Shown: positions 9,637 through 18,782, counted from the stretch's first letter. The stretch is 60,568 bases of DNA from an uncultured Candidatus Saccharibacteria bacterium (GCA_964356285.1 CAYHGI010000001.1:1-60568); one strand, 5' to 3'. Notes: generated from the sequence alone by a model not told the origin. Program-made: numbers and translations.

Positions 9637-10044
9637 ATGCAAAAGTATAACATTCCTTTTATTCCTTACGAAAAAAATCTAGTTTCTCGAGCAAGAGAAT
9701 TAAGAAAAGAAACCACAGAAGCAGAAAAAATCTTCTGGAATAGAATTTTAAAACATAAAGATTTGCTGAATTTTAAATTTACTAGACAAAAGCCACTTGA
9801 TCATTTTATTGTCGATTTTTATTGTTCAAGTTTAGGACTTGTGATCGAAATAGATGGGATTATTCATGATTTTCAAAAAGTGAGAGATCAAGAAAGGGAC
9901 ACTATTTTGCAGGAAAAATTTGGATTGAAAATAGTAAGATACACAAATGAAGAAGTTATTAATAATACAGAAAAAATTATTCAGGATTTAATAAGAAGAA
10001 CTAAAACCCTCTCCCGACCTCTCCCTTATCAGGGTGAAGGGTAG
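9637..10044 (+). CDS. DUF559 (Vsr-like) endonuclease domain protein
   Basis: 135 aa with the typical LRKETTEAEKIFWNRIL...KFTRQKPLDHFIVDFYC....LVIEIDG..H...RD..RD..L...G..IVRYTNEEV pattern. The C-terminal SRPLPYQGEG is encoded by a family-1 repeat. Confidence 0.8.
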   Translation: MQKYNIPFIPYEKNLVSRARELRKETTEAEKIFWNRILKHKDLLNFKFTRQKPLDHFIVDFYCSSLGLVIEIDGIIHDFQKVRDQERDTILQEKFGLKIVRYTNEEVINNTEKIIQDLIRRTKTLSRPLPYQGEG

Positions 10045-10087
10045 GGTAGTATAAAGTCCCCCTGACAAGGGGGATTTAGGGGGTTGA
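10005..10087. repeat. two family-1 palindromic units at and after the DUF559 3' end
   Basis: ctcccttatcaggg (10021-10034) lies inside the last codons. The perfect hairpin tccccct-gaca-aggggga (10057-10074) is followed by ttagggggttga. Confidence 0.75.
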
Positions 10088-10109
10088 ATTTTTATGCTAT
10101 TATGTAAAT

Positions 10110-11420
10110 ATGTCAGAACTAAAAGTTGTAACTAGATTTGCACCGTCACCGACGGGCCAATTTCATTTAGGCGGTGTTCGTTCCGCTTTGTATAATTATC
10201 TTTTTGCCAGGAAAAATAAGGGTATATATATCCTTCGCAGTGAAGATACGGACAAAGAAAGATCAAAAAAAGAATATGAAGATGATTTTCTGAAGCTTTT
10301 CGAATGGCTGGGGTTGAAGCCTGACAAATTTTTTAGGCAATCGGAAAGAACGGAAATATACAAAAAATATTTAGAAAAAATGATAGCTGATGGTTTTGCC
10401 TATGTTTCCAAAGAAGAAATAAAAGAAGCAGGGCAGAGAAACGAGGTGATCCGTTTTAAGAATCCCAATAAAAAAATCACTTTCAACGACATTATTTTAG
10501 GCAATATCACTTTCAACACAACAGATCTAAAAGATTTTGTTATCGCCAAAAGTTTGACCGAACCGCTTTATAATCTGACCGCCGTAATAGACGATTATGA
10601 AATGGGCATAACTCACGTAATACGCGGGCAAGAACATATTGCCAACACGCCAAGGCAAATTCTGATCCAAGAGGCGATTGGCGCCTCGCGGCCGCTCTAT
10701 GCCCATCTGCCTCTTATTTTAAGCAAAGATAGAGCTAAACTTTCTAAAAGGGATCCCGAAGTAATACCTGCCCTAGAATATAGGGATTTGGGTTATTTGC
10801 CCGCAGCGATTATAAATTTTTTGGCGCTCATCGGCTGGAATCCTGGCGGAGAGCAGGAGGTTTTTACCTTAGCTGAACTGATACAGAAGTTTGATCTAAA
10901 TAAAATACGAAAAAGCGGAGGAGTTTTTAATTCCGAAAAACTTGATTGGCTCAATAAAGAGCATATAAAATTGCTTTCGCCGGAAGAAATAGAAAAAAAC
11001 ATTTTGGCGTGGCTGCCTCCGGATAAGAGAGAGTCCAAACTCATTCCTGTTATTTTTGAACGTATTTCAAAATGGGGCGATGTGAAAGATATGGCTGAAA
11101 AAGGAGAGCTGGATTTCTTTTTCAAAAAACCGGCATACGCCAAAGAAAAACTTGTATATAAAAATTCTTCGCCGGAAAAAACTTTGAATAATTTAAAACA
11201 GGCACTGAATGTTTTGGAAGGTTTGAACGAAAAAGATTTTACCAAAGAAAATATAAAAAAGGTTCTGATGCAGATAGCCGATAAATTAGAAAGTAGGGGA
11301 GAGCTGTTGCATCCGGTAAGATACGCCCTTTCCGGAATGGATAAATCTCCAGACCCTTTTATCATAGCTTCCATCATAGGAAAAAATGAAACCTTATCTA
11401 GATTACAGAAAGCTGTTTAA
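10110..11420 (+). CDS. gltX: glutamyl-tRNA synthetase (short form)
   Basis: RFAPSPTGQFHLGGVRSALYNY (HIGH-type) and KLSKRD (KMSKS-type) motifs; 436 aa. Confidence 0.85.
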   Translation: MSELKVVTRFAPSPTGQFHLGGVRSALYNYLFARKNKGIYILRSEDTDKERSKKEYEDDFLKLFEWLGLKPDKFFRQSERTEIYKKYLEKMIADGFAYVSKEEIKEAGQRNEVIRFKNPNKKITFNDIILGNITFNTTDLKDFVIAKSLTEPLYNLTAVIDDYEMGITHVIRGQEHIANTPRQILIQEAIGASRPLYAHLPLILSKDRAKLSKRDPEVIPALEYRDLGYLPAAIINFLALIGWNPGGEQEVFTLAELIQKFDLNKIRKSGGVFNSEKLDWLNKEHIKLLSPEEIEKNILAWLPPDKRESKLIPVIFERISKWGDVKDMAEKGELDFFFKKPAYAKEKLVYKNSSPEKTLNNLKQALNVLEGLNEKDFTKENIKKVLMQIADKLESRGELLHPVRYALSGMDKSPDPFIIASIIGKNETLSRLQKAV

Positions 11421-12705
11421 AAATACAAGGCAAGACCTTGTATTACAAGGTCTTGCCTTGTATTTAGTTCTTTTATTGATTCCTACCGCTTTTTCTTTTG
11501 CGCAAACTGCGGTTGAGCTTCAAAATAAAATAAATCAAAAAGATTCCGATATCGCTAAACTAGAGGAAGAAATAAAAGCCTATCAAATAGAGCTTGATAA
11601 TATCGGAGAACAAAAAAGCTCTTTAAGCAAATCCATCCGAGAACTTGATTTAACCAGAAAAAAATTGGTAGCTAATATAAATGTGATTCAAACAAAGATT
11701 GATAAAACAAATCTAAAAATAGAAAGCCTGAGTTCAGATATAGGCGATAAAGAGAAGACTATAACAAACAACCTAAAATCGATTAAACTTGGAATTCAAC
11801 AAACTGATGAATTCGAAAGAAGCAGTTTATTGGAAACTCTCTTGTCTCCGAATGATTTTACTGTGATTTGGAATGATATAGACAGTTTAATTACTATCCG
11901 TGAAAAGACTAGAGAAGATGTGGTTAAATTAAAGCAGATAAAAAATGAATTAGAAGACACCAAAAAAGAAACTATTGACGCCAAAAATGAACTCACGGCG
12001 CTTAAGTCCAAGCTTTCGGATCAACAGAAAATAGTGGTGCGGAATACAAATGAAAAAAATCGTCTTTTAAGAGTGACAAAAAATAGCGAGGCCAATTATC
12101 AAAAACTTTTGAAAGATCAATTGACAAAAAAAGAAATCCTGGAAAAAGAATTACGCGATTATGAATCACAGTTGCAATTTATTCTTGATCCATCCAAACT
12201 TCCTTCCGGCGGAGTGTTAAGTTGGCCACTTGATACAATATATGTCACGCAAATGTTTGGAAAAACCGTTGATTCGAAAAGGCTTTATACTTCAGGTAGT
12301 CACAGCGGTACAGATTTTCGGGCCTCGATCGGTACTCCGGTCAAAGCGATGGCTGAAGGAATAGTCTTGGGCGTTGGCAATACCGACGAAACTTGTATCG
12401 GCACTTCATTTGGAAAATGGATATTCATAAAATATAATAATGGTTTGGCGAGCGCATACGGGCATTTATCGCTTATAAAGGTATATGAAGGGCAAAAGGT
12501 AGAAAGGGGCGATATTGTTGGTTATAGTGGCAATACGGGGCATACGACGGGGCCCCATTTGCACGTGTCGGTCTATGTCAGCAGTGCAGCTAGTGTTCAA
12601 AAAAGACCGAGTACGACCTGCGAAGGCAAAGTTTATACCATGCCGTTAGCCCCCATCAATGCTTATCTGAATCCGCTTTATTATTTACCAAAGTTGCCTT
12701 ATTAA
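11386..12705 (+). CDS. secreted coiled-coil M23 peptidase (EnvC-like murein hydrolase/activator)
   Basis: Long coiled-coil region followed by GTDFRASIGTPVKAMAEG ... GNTGHTTGPHLHVSVY (M23 metal site). The start is uncertain because of the hairpin at 11421-11465; an in-frame TTG at 11458 is an alternative. Confidence 0.75.
   Translation: MKPYLDYRKLFKNTRQDLVLQGLALYLVLLLIPTAFSFAQTAVELQNKINQKDSDIAKLEEEIKAYQIELDNIGEQKSSLSKSIRELDLTRKKLVANINVIQTKIDKTNLKIESLSSDIGDKEKTITNNLKSIKLGIQQTDEFERSSLLETLLSPNDFTVIWNDIDSLITIREKTREDVVKLKQIKNELEDTKKETIDAKNELTALKSKLSDQQKIVVRNTNEKNRLLRVTKNSEANYQKLLKDQLTKKEILEKELRDYESQLQFILDPSKLPSGGVLSWPLDTIYVTQMFGKTVDSKRLYTSGSHSGTDFRASIGTPVKAMAEGIVLGVGNTDETCIGTSFGKWIFIKYNNGLASAYGHLSLIKVYEGQKVERGDIVGYSGNTGHTTGPHLHVSVYVSSAASVQKRPSTTCEGKVYTMPLAPINAYLNPLYYLPKLPY
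11421..11465 (+). terminator. 17-bp perfect-stem hairpin directly after the gltX stop
   Basis: aaatacaaggcaagacc (11421-11437) pairs perfectly with ggtcttgccttgtattt (11449-11465), and T-rich sequence follows. The hairpin lies inside the 5' end of the next predicted ORF. Confidence 0.5.
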
Positions 12706-12725
12706 AAACTTTTTTTAATTTAAAA

Positions 12726-13424
12726 ATGAAAAAAAATTTACCCAACAAAGGCAAAAATTTAACAATAAAAATCGCCGGCCAAAAGTATGCTCGAATACCA
12801 GTTAAAACGCATATTATAAATTTTGGCGACGAACTTTTTTCTATTATAGAAAAATATATTCTACGAGAATTTCAAAAGGGAGATTGTTTAGTCATCTCAG
12901 AAAAAATAATATCTGTTTGTCAGAATAATTTTCGGCATATTTCCACAGTGATAGTGGGATGGCTAGCAAAACTTATCGTCAAAGGAGTAAAAAAATATCC
13001 AAATGATATTGGTTTTTCTCGAGCGGAAAAAATGCAAGTAGTAGTGGATATCTCCGGAAAACTAAGAATAATTTTAGCGATAATTTTAGGAGCGCTTGGA
13101 AAAATTTTTGGGATAAAAGGAGTTTTTTGGGTGGTAGCAGGGAAAAGGGTGTCAGAAATTGATGGTTTTAATCCTGATGCGATGGATATGTACAAAGAAC
13201 ATGTGATCTTGCCGCCAGAAAATCCTGTGAAAACATGCCAAGAAATTGAAGACAAATTTAATTTCCCAACTGTCATCATAGACGGAAATAATATAAATAC
13301 AAAAATTTTAGGTTTCAGCAGGGGAGTTTTCTTAAGTAAAAAAGACCTCAGGCTGGTGTTGCTGGATAATCCAATGGGGCAAAATGACGAAATGACGCCT
13401 TTTGTCCTGCTCAGAAGGATTTAA
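12726..13424 (+). CDS. CofE-like (F420-0:gamma-glutamyl ligase family) protein
   Basis: GDCLVISEKIISVCQNN and the C-terminal NPMGQNDEMTPFVLLRR resemble CofE-family proteins. Assignment is from memory of family motifs only. Confidence 0.4.
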   Translation: MKKNLPNKGKNLTIKIAGQKYARIPVKTHIINFGDELFSIIEKYILREFQKGDCLVISEKIISVCQNNFRHISTVIVGWLAKLIVKGVKKYPNDIGFSRAEKMQVVVDISGKLRIILAIILGALGKIFGIKGVFWVVAGKRVSEIDGFNPDAMDMYKEHVILPPENPVKTCQEIEDKFNFPTVIIDGNNINTKILGFSRGVFLSKKDLRLVLLDNPMGQNDEMTPFVLLRRI

Positions 13425-13456
13425 TTTGTGTTATTATTAGCCTTGTAGTAAAATAT

Positions 13457-13663
13457 ATGGATATGACAAATGAAATAAAAAGTAAAAAAGGCGGATTTTT
13501 GAAATTAATAATCGTAATTATTATCGCTCTTCTCATAATGCGTTATTTTGGTCTGACAATATCCGGTATATTAGCTTATTTTCATTTATCTTGGGCGGAA
13601 ATTATAAATTGGTTCAAACAGGCTCTCGATTGGCTCAAAGATTTGTTTCTTAGCGTGAAATAA
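13457..13663 (+). CDS. small membrane protein, unknown function
   Basis: 68-aa ORF with one clear hydrophobic helix (LKLIIVIIIALLIM). Confidence 0.4.
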   Translation: MDMTNEIKSKKGGFLKLIIVIIIALLIMRYFGLTISGILAYFHLSWAEIINWFKQALDWLKDLFLSVK

Positions 13664-13720
13664 ATAGCTACACTATAATATATATGTCGCAGAACATATA
13701 TTGTGCGACACGGATATAAT

Positions 13721-14101
13721 TTATCTGCACGAGTTCGAAAGCTCGTACCCTGCCTTTTCGGCCTCTTCCCTAGTGGCGAAATAAACTCTATTTTTTTGTA
13801 CGATAGTTTTACCTGCGGAACACCCCAAGGAATAATACTTTGTTCCCCTGTTTGAAGCGAAAAAATTTTTTCCGGCAGAATTTTCCGCGGCAGAAATTTT
13901 TATTGGAGAACTTATCGCTGAGACAACATTTGCCTCCTGTGTGCCATTTTGGTTCGTATATTCGATTTTAATGCCTGACGAGCTGCCTTCTTTTGATAGA
14001 CGGCCCAATTCAAACGAACCCAAACCCACTAAAATAACAATAATAACCACCAAAATATCTTCACCCTTTTCACTTTCAATGAATTGCTTGATTTTTTCCA
14101 T
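13721..14101 (-). CDS. membrane-anchored protein with C-terminal Ada-like Cys pair (sunset-domain-like)
   Basis: N-terminal TM helix. The C-terminus YYSLGCSAGKTI....VYFATREEAEKAGYELSNSC fits the pattern Y..(P)GC ... F.S.EEA..AGYR....C. Confidence 0.4.
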   Translation of the reverse strand: MEKIKQFIESEKGEDILVVIIVILVGLGSFELGRLSKEGSSSGIKIEYTNQNGTQEANVVSAISSPIKISAAENSAGKNFFASNRGTKYYSLGCSAGKTIVQKNRVYFATREEAEKAGYELSNSCR

Positions 14102-14178
14102 ATAATGAATTATACTTAGTTTTGTTATTGAATTATATAATAACTAGCTCCTAGAAGCTATAACCTAGAACCTAATTT

Positions 14179-14451
14179 ATGGCACATAGAAAAGCCGGCG
14201 GTACCGCCAAAAATTTAAGAGATTCACAGCCCAAATACCTAGGTATTAAGCTTGCGGATGGTCAAAAAGCCAAGTCTGGTGGTATTATCGTTCGTCAGCG
14301 CGGTACGGTTGTTATGGCGGGCAACAATGTAGGTCTAGGTAAGGATCATACCCTTTTCGCTCTCAAAGATGGCACAGTCAAATTCGGCTCTCGCCGCAAA
14401 ATTTCTTTCAATGGGCAAACCGTGGTCAAAAAAGTGGTTAACGTAGATTAA
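14179..14451 (+). CDS. rpmA: 50S ribosomal protein L27
   Basis: [24 protein letters not shown]...[10 protein letters not shown] is a canonical L27 sequence. Confidence 0.95.
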   Translation: MAHRKAGGTAKNLRDSQPKYLGIKLADGQKAKSGGIIVRQRGTVVMAGNNVGLGKDHTLFALKDGTVKFGSRRKISFNGQTVVKKVVNVD

Positions 14452-14891
14452 ATTTTCTCCACAATAAGCTTAAACGATGAATTTTTACCCTTTATAGAAA
14501 TAGGGATTTCGAACTCCCCTACTTGTTTGATCGGTTTTTCCAGAACAATGAATTCTTCACCAATGTCCGCGCGATTTTGCTCCTTCATCGCTTCCACGAT
14601 TTCTTTTTTATGAATTGCCGAGAAAAGGTGTCCAAGTTCGTTGGCTTTGCCTTTGATTGTAATAGTCTTGCCTTTTATTTCCTCTAGATTTTTCAGGAGC
14701 AAACTTTCCTGCACTTCCCTCTCCAAGACAATTTCCTTTTGTCGCATTTCAAGTTCTGCCACGGCTTTTGGCGTAGCGATAACGGCTAATTTTCTGGGCA
14801 ACAAAAAATTCACAGCATAGCCGTCATTTACTTCCTTTACATCATACTTCTTCCCTACCCTTGGCACATCATGTAAAAATATTACCTGCAT
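14448..14891 (-). CDS. rplI: 50S ribosomal protein L9
   Basis: [36 protein letters not shown] is a canonical L9 N-terminal domain. Confidence 0.9.
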   Translation of the reverse strand: MQVIFLHDVPRVGKKYDVKEVNDGYAVNFLLPRKLAVIATPKAVAELEMRQKEIVLEREVQESLLLKNLEEIKGKTITIKGKANELGHLFSAIHKKEIVEAMKEQNRADIGEEFIVLEKPIKQVGEFEIPISIKGKNSSFKLIVEKI

Positions 14892-14916
14892 TTTTTGTTT
14901 TTTACTTTATAATTTT

Positions 14917-14946
14917 TCCGCCCTAGGCGGATCAGCCTTGGGCTGA
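14917..14946. repeat. two tandem 15-nt GC mini-hairpins
   Basis: tccgcc-cta-ggcgga (14917-14931) followed directly by tcagcc-ttg-ggctga (14932-14946), between the S41 protease stop and the rplI start. Confidence 0.6.
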
Positions 14947-14952
14947 ATAACT

Positions 14953-16173
14953 TTACAACTTTCCACTTAGTAACAGCTCCACCGCTTTATCTAACTGCGG
15001 ATCTTTCTTCTTTTCTAAATCTTTTTTAGTAATTTCCACCGGATAATCCGGAGTTAGACCTTTTTCTGAAATAGAAGTTCCATTCGGCGTGAGCCATTTG
15101 GCAACAGTAATTTTCAAAAGAGTATCTGGAGTAATCTTGATTGCTTCTTGCACAGAACCTTTTCCAAAACTTTGACTGCCCACGAGTTTGGCGCGTCCAT
15201 GATTTTGCATTGCGCCGGCCACGATTTCCGAGGCCGAAGCAGACCCGCTATCTATTAAGATAACAAACTTTAATTTATCATTAAATACATTATAGCCTCT
15301 ACTCCTGAATATTTCCGGTTTTTTATCATCGCCGTAGTCTTCAGTCACAATGGTTTTTCCATTTGGCAAAAACCAACTTGATATATCGACAGCCGAATCT
15401 AAATATCCGCCCGGATTTCCTCGCAAGTCCAGTAATAATTTTTCGGTTCCAGATTCAGCAAAACTTTTTATCGCATTGCGGAAAAGGCTCGCTGAATTAG
15501 CGGAAAAACTATAAAGTTTTATGACAAAAATGCCATCTGGTCTGAATTCTGTATCAAGGGTTGGTATGTTGATAACATCTCTGACAATTTTTATTTCCAT
15601 CGGGTCCTTGTTTTCTTCACGAAAGATGGTAAGCGCGACGGTGGTGCCTTTTTCGCCTCTTATTAATTTTATTGCTTTTTCGATGCTCAAACCGGAGGTA
15701 ACTATTTTATCGATTTTAAGAATTTTATCACCGGATTTTATATTTGCCCGATAGGCGGGAGTATCTTTAAGCGGAGCGATAACTGTAAGAATTTTGTCTT
15801 TCATACCCACCTCCATGCCAATGCCTGTAAAATTACCGGCTATTTCATCTTCAAAATCTTTTGCTTCATCTGGGCCAAAAAACACACTGTATGGGTCGTC
15901 CAGTGAGCCTACAAGACCCGAGATAGCTCCATAAACCTTATTCTGATCAATTAATTTGTCCGCCTTTGGGTATTTCTCATTGATGGTATTCCAGACTTTC
16001 CAAAAGGGAGAAAAATCTGTTTCTGTTATAACTTGTGTCTCCTTATTGGAAAGACCTATGACTTTTTCTATTTCCGGACGATTATTTAAACCTATGTAAA
16101 TACCCCAAACAAAAAAAAGACCAAAAAGGAAGACGATAGCAATGATATGTCTTGTTTTTAAAAAATTTTGCAT
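14953..16173 (-). CDS. S41 carboxyl-terminal processing protease
   Basis: PDZ-like segment plus LDLRGNPGGYLDSAV and SASASEIVAGA motifs; N-terminal TM helix. Confidence 0.85.
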   Translation of the reverse strand: MQNFLKTRHIIAIVFLFGLFFVWGIYIGLNNRPEIEKVIGLSNKETQVITETDFSPFWKVWNTINEKYPKADKLIDQNKVYGAISGLVGSLDDPYSVFFGPDEAKDFEDEIAGNFTGIGMEVGMKDKILTVIAPLKDTPAYRANIKSGDKILKIDKIVTSGLSIEKAIKLIRGEKGTTVALTIFREENKDPMEIKIVRDVINIPTLDTEFRPDGIFVIKLYSFSANSASLFRNAIKSFAESGTEKLLLDLRGNPGGYLDSAVDISSWFLPNGKTIVTEDYGDDKKPEIFRSRGYNVFNDKLKFVILIDSGSASASEIVAGAMQNHGRAKLVGSQSFGKGSVQEAIKITPDTLLKITVAKWLTPNGTSISEKGLTPDYPVEITKKDLEKKKDPQLDKAVELLLSGKL

Positions 16174-16182
16174 TATTGGATG

Positions 16183-16407
16183 TTATATTTCTCCCTCGTT
16201 TAAAAACTTATTTTCTGAAAAATTATCAAAAATTTTTTCTTCTTTCACTTCCTTTGTTTTTGCTTCCTGATACAGAACATAGCTGAAATAAATAAGTCCG
16301 AGTCCGGAAAGAGTCATTAAGATATCTTTCCAAGAATACGGAAGACCCAAGTACGGCAATACTGCCACCCAAAGGCCCAAAATCAAAAGTATTCGTGCTT
16401 TTTTCAT
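16183..16407 (-). CDS. small two-TM membrane protein
   Basis: MKKARILLILGLWVAVLPYLGLPYSWKDILMTLSGLGLIYFSYVLY; the start is set at the internal Met. Confidence 0.4.
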   Translation of the reverse strand: MKKARILLILGLWVAVLPYLGLPYSWKDILMTLSGLGLIYFSYVLYQEAKTKEVKEEKIFDNFSENKFLNEGEI

Positions 16408-16529
16408 AGGTACATTGTATTGCATAAATATAAAAAATGCAAACACCTAATTTAATAAATTCTATTTCGTATTATCTTACGATGTTAAACATATGTAAAA
16501 GATAGTAAGAAAATAAATTGGTATAAAAA

Positions 16530-17045
16530 AAATAAAGAGGACCCGGCCGCGCCCCAAACTATCAACTATCTGCTGCTGGAAATCGCGCCCTCGCGAAAAT
16601 TCCTTTTATAAATAGATGCCCTTTGGAGTACCATCTATTTTCTTGCGGCAACGTATGCGCAAGAAAGCTTGTCCCGTGAGGTCGGGTCACCCCGCCTCGG
16701 TAACTGCACGTAAACGCTCCTCTTCTTTTGAGCGATATTTTACATGGAGTCGTCCCACAATTCTTTGAACGGTATTGCTTTCAGATCTTATTCGTTCAGA
16801 AAATTGTAGCTAGACACATTCCAACCCATCGTTTCCCCATTTGATATGCCAAATAACGGGGGCGATAAAGAAGACACACTATTTTAAGTGAACCATATGC
16901 GCAGCTTCTTCTTTATACAGAAACTACACAATCAAACGAGTTCACTTAGTCTGATTTTTTATCTGACCAAGAGAGACATACGCACAGACAACGCGTATGT
17001 ATTGAAGCTTACACAATCACTTGAAGCGATTGATACTAGGTAAAT
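16530..17045. ncRNA. candidate structured RNA or gene relic (ORF-free, GC-enriched, hairpin-rich)
   Basis: No ORF of 60 aa or more in any frame across ~640 bp. Perfect stems at 16610-16640, 16642-16663 and 16976-17000. There are also long-range pairs 16865-74/16907-16 and 16886-93/16940-47. The strand is not determined. Confidence 0.3.
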
Positions 17046-17052
17046 TAAAAGG

Positions 17053-17069
17053 AAAGGTAAAATACCTTT
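17053..17069 (-). terminator. rho-independent terminator after PBP2
   Basis: On the minus strand, aaaggta-ttt-taccttt is followed by ccttttaattt. Confidence 0.5.
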
Positions 17070-17093
17070 AATTATTAGCATATTTTAGTAATT

Positions 17094-18782
17094 TTATTCA
17101 AAATATTCCGGAGTGTTGATGGACATCCAGTCCAGAAGTTCTCGCATGACAGAGGACGCATTTCTGCCGCTGGTTGAAGAACCGGCTTCCAGCATAACAA
17201 CAAAAGAATATTTCGGCTTTTCGTAAGGGAAAAAACCAACAATCCAAGAATTTACCTTGTTTTTAGCGGTTCCAAGCTGGGCGGTGCCGGTTTTAGCGGC
17301 TATTTGCACATAAGGAACATTTAAATTTAAGGCAGTGCCATAAGTGACCGCCTGTCGCATACCATCATGCACCACGTCAAAATATTCTTTTTTTATATTT
17401 ATGATTTCCACTTTTTTTTCCATTTCCTTATCTTCCAATAAAAAATGCGGAGTGAACAGCTTTCCATAATTCGCAATTGCTCCGATAGCCCGCACTATTT
17501 CCATCGGGGTAACTTGAAATCCATATTGTCCAATAGCCGTGTTATAAGTGTCTCCGATACGCCAAGGATCTCCGTTGAAATTAGCCATTTTCCATTCCGG
17601 ACTAGGAATAATACCTTCGATTTCATCCGGCAAATCAACACCTGTTTTTTCTCCTAAACCGAAAAGCTCCGCATATTTTTTTATATTAGCAATACCAAGT
17701 CCTTTTTGATTTTCAAAACCTCCCCCTATTTCATAAAAATAAATGTCGGAAGAAACAGCCAGCGCTTCTGCCATATTGGTCCAGCCATTTGCTCTCCAAT
17801 CTTTAAAAACTGTTTTTTGATCCGGAAAATAAGGGTTAGGAATAGAAATAGAACCGGTGGAAAGAATTTTTTTTGTTTGATCGATTACGCCTTCTATTAG
17901 TGCAGCTAATCCTAAAAATGGCTTGACGATGGATCCTGGAGCATAAAGGCCGGAAACATTTCTATCCAAGAAAAATTTCCTTTTATCATTTAAATAGCTG
18001 TTAATCTTTTTGGAATCTTTTCCTAAGGAAAGAATTTCGGAATTATATTCCGGAAAACTGGTGGAAGCTATTATTTCTCCGTTTCGCGTATCCATAATTA
18101 TTCCAGCTCCGCCCGTGAAAGAATTTTCGAATAAATTTTTAATTAAAGAAAATAATTCTGTTTGGATGCGCGCGTCTACGCTAGTAGCCAGATCGTTTCC
18201 CTTTTTAGGTATGTTGATAATATTTTCCGAATGAATAACTCCTTTGGCGTCGGTTTCTATTATCTTTGATCCGTTTTCTCCCTTTATTTGGCTATTATAT
18301 TTTTTTTCCAGTCCGTCTTTGCCCATAAATTCGTTTTGCCAGTAATTTCCCGCGTTGTCTTTTGCCGGATAGCTCACATAACCGAGCAGATGCGAAAATC
18401 CCGGAGACAAATAAGCGCGGGTGTATAAATTAGACGGATCGTCACTCTTTTTATTCCAAGCCAATTCTTTTTTATTTCTATCATAAATAATGCCTCTTTC
18501 CGTGAAGATATTTACTTTTTCCAAAATATTATTTTCGCTTCTTTTCCTGTAATTATCACCATTTTGTACCTGTAGATACACCAAGCGGGTTCCGAATATC
18601 AAAATAATCAAGAGAAAAAAAACACCAAGAAAGTTAATGGTTTTTTTAGGGATAGTTTTTTCTATTCGGCCTTCAAATTGTTGGCGATCAAAATTTTGCA
18701 AGTTCTTCGAGTCCAGGAAAATTTCATCCGGCTCCACGAAATTATTCTTGCTCTTGTTTTTTAAGAATTTTCCAAGATTCAT
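17094..18782 (-). CDS. penicillin-binding protein 2 (class B transpeptidase)
   Basis: N-terminal TM helix; SIVKPF (SxxK) and KTGTAQ motifs. The start at MNLGKF gives an ATGA overlap with the upstream ORF. Confidence 0.85.
   Translation of the reverse strand: MNLGKFLKNKSKNNFVEPDEIFLDSKNLQNFDRQQFEGRIEKTIPKKTINFLGVFFLLIILIFGTRLVYLQVQNGDNYRKRSENNILEKVNIFTERGIIYDRNKKELAWNKKSDDPSNLYTRAYLSPGFSHLLGYVSYPAKDNAGNYWQNEFMGKDGLEKKYNSQIKGENGSKIIETDAKGVIHSENIINIPKKGNDLATSVDARIQTELFSLIKNLFENSFTGGAGIIMDTRNGEIIASTSFPEYNSEILSLGKDSKKINSYLNDKRKFFLDRNVSGLYAPGSIVKPFLGLAALIEGVIDQTKKILSTGSISIPNPYFPDQKTVFKDWRANGWTNMAEALAVSSDIYFYEIGGGFENQKGLGIANIKKYAELFGLGEKTGVDLPDEIEGIIPSPEWKMANFNGDPWRIGDTYNTAIGQYGFQVTPMEIVRAIGAIANYGKLFTPHFLLEDKEMEKKVEIINIKKEYFDVVHDGMRQAVTYGTALNLNVPYVQIAAKTGTAQLGTAKNKVNSWIVGFFPYEKPKYSFVVMLEAGSSTSGRNASSVMRELLDWMSINTPEYFE

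Noticed and set aside
10793-11377. 194-aa minus-strand ORF
   Set aside because: It is entirely antisense to the well-supported gltX, has a low-complexity Ser/Phe-rich sequence, and looks like a shadow ORF.
16447-17093. RNase P RNA, tmRNA or SRP RNA
   Set aside because: I found no GGAAAGUCC or ACAGAA...GGCUUA blocks. I found no tRNA-like T-arm/acceptor end or ..LAA tag frame, and no GGUCCGGAAGGAAGCAGC motif on either strand. The region is kept only as an unclassified candidate.
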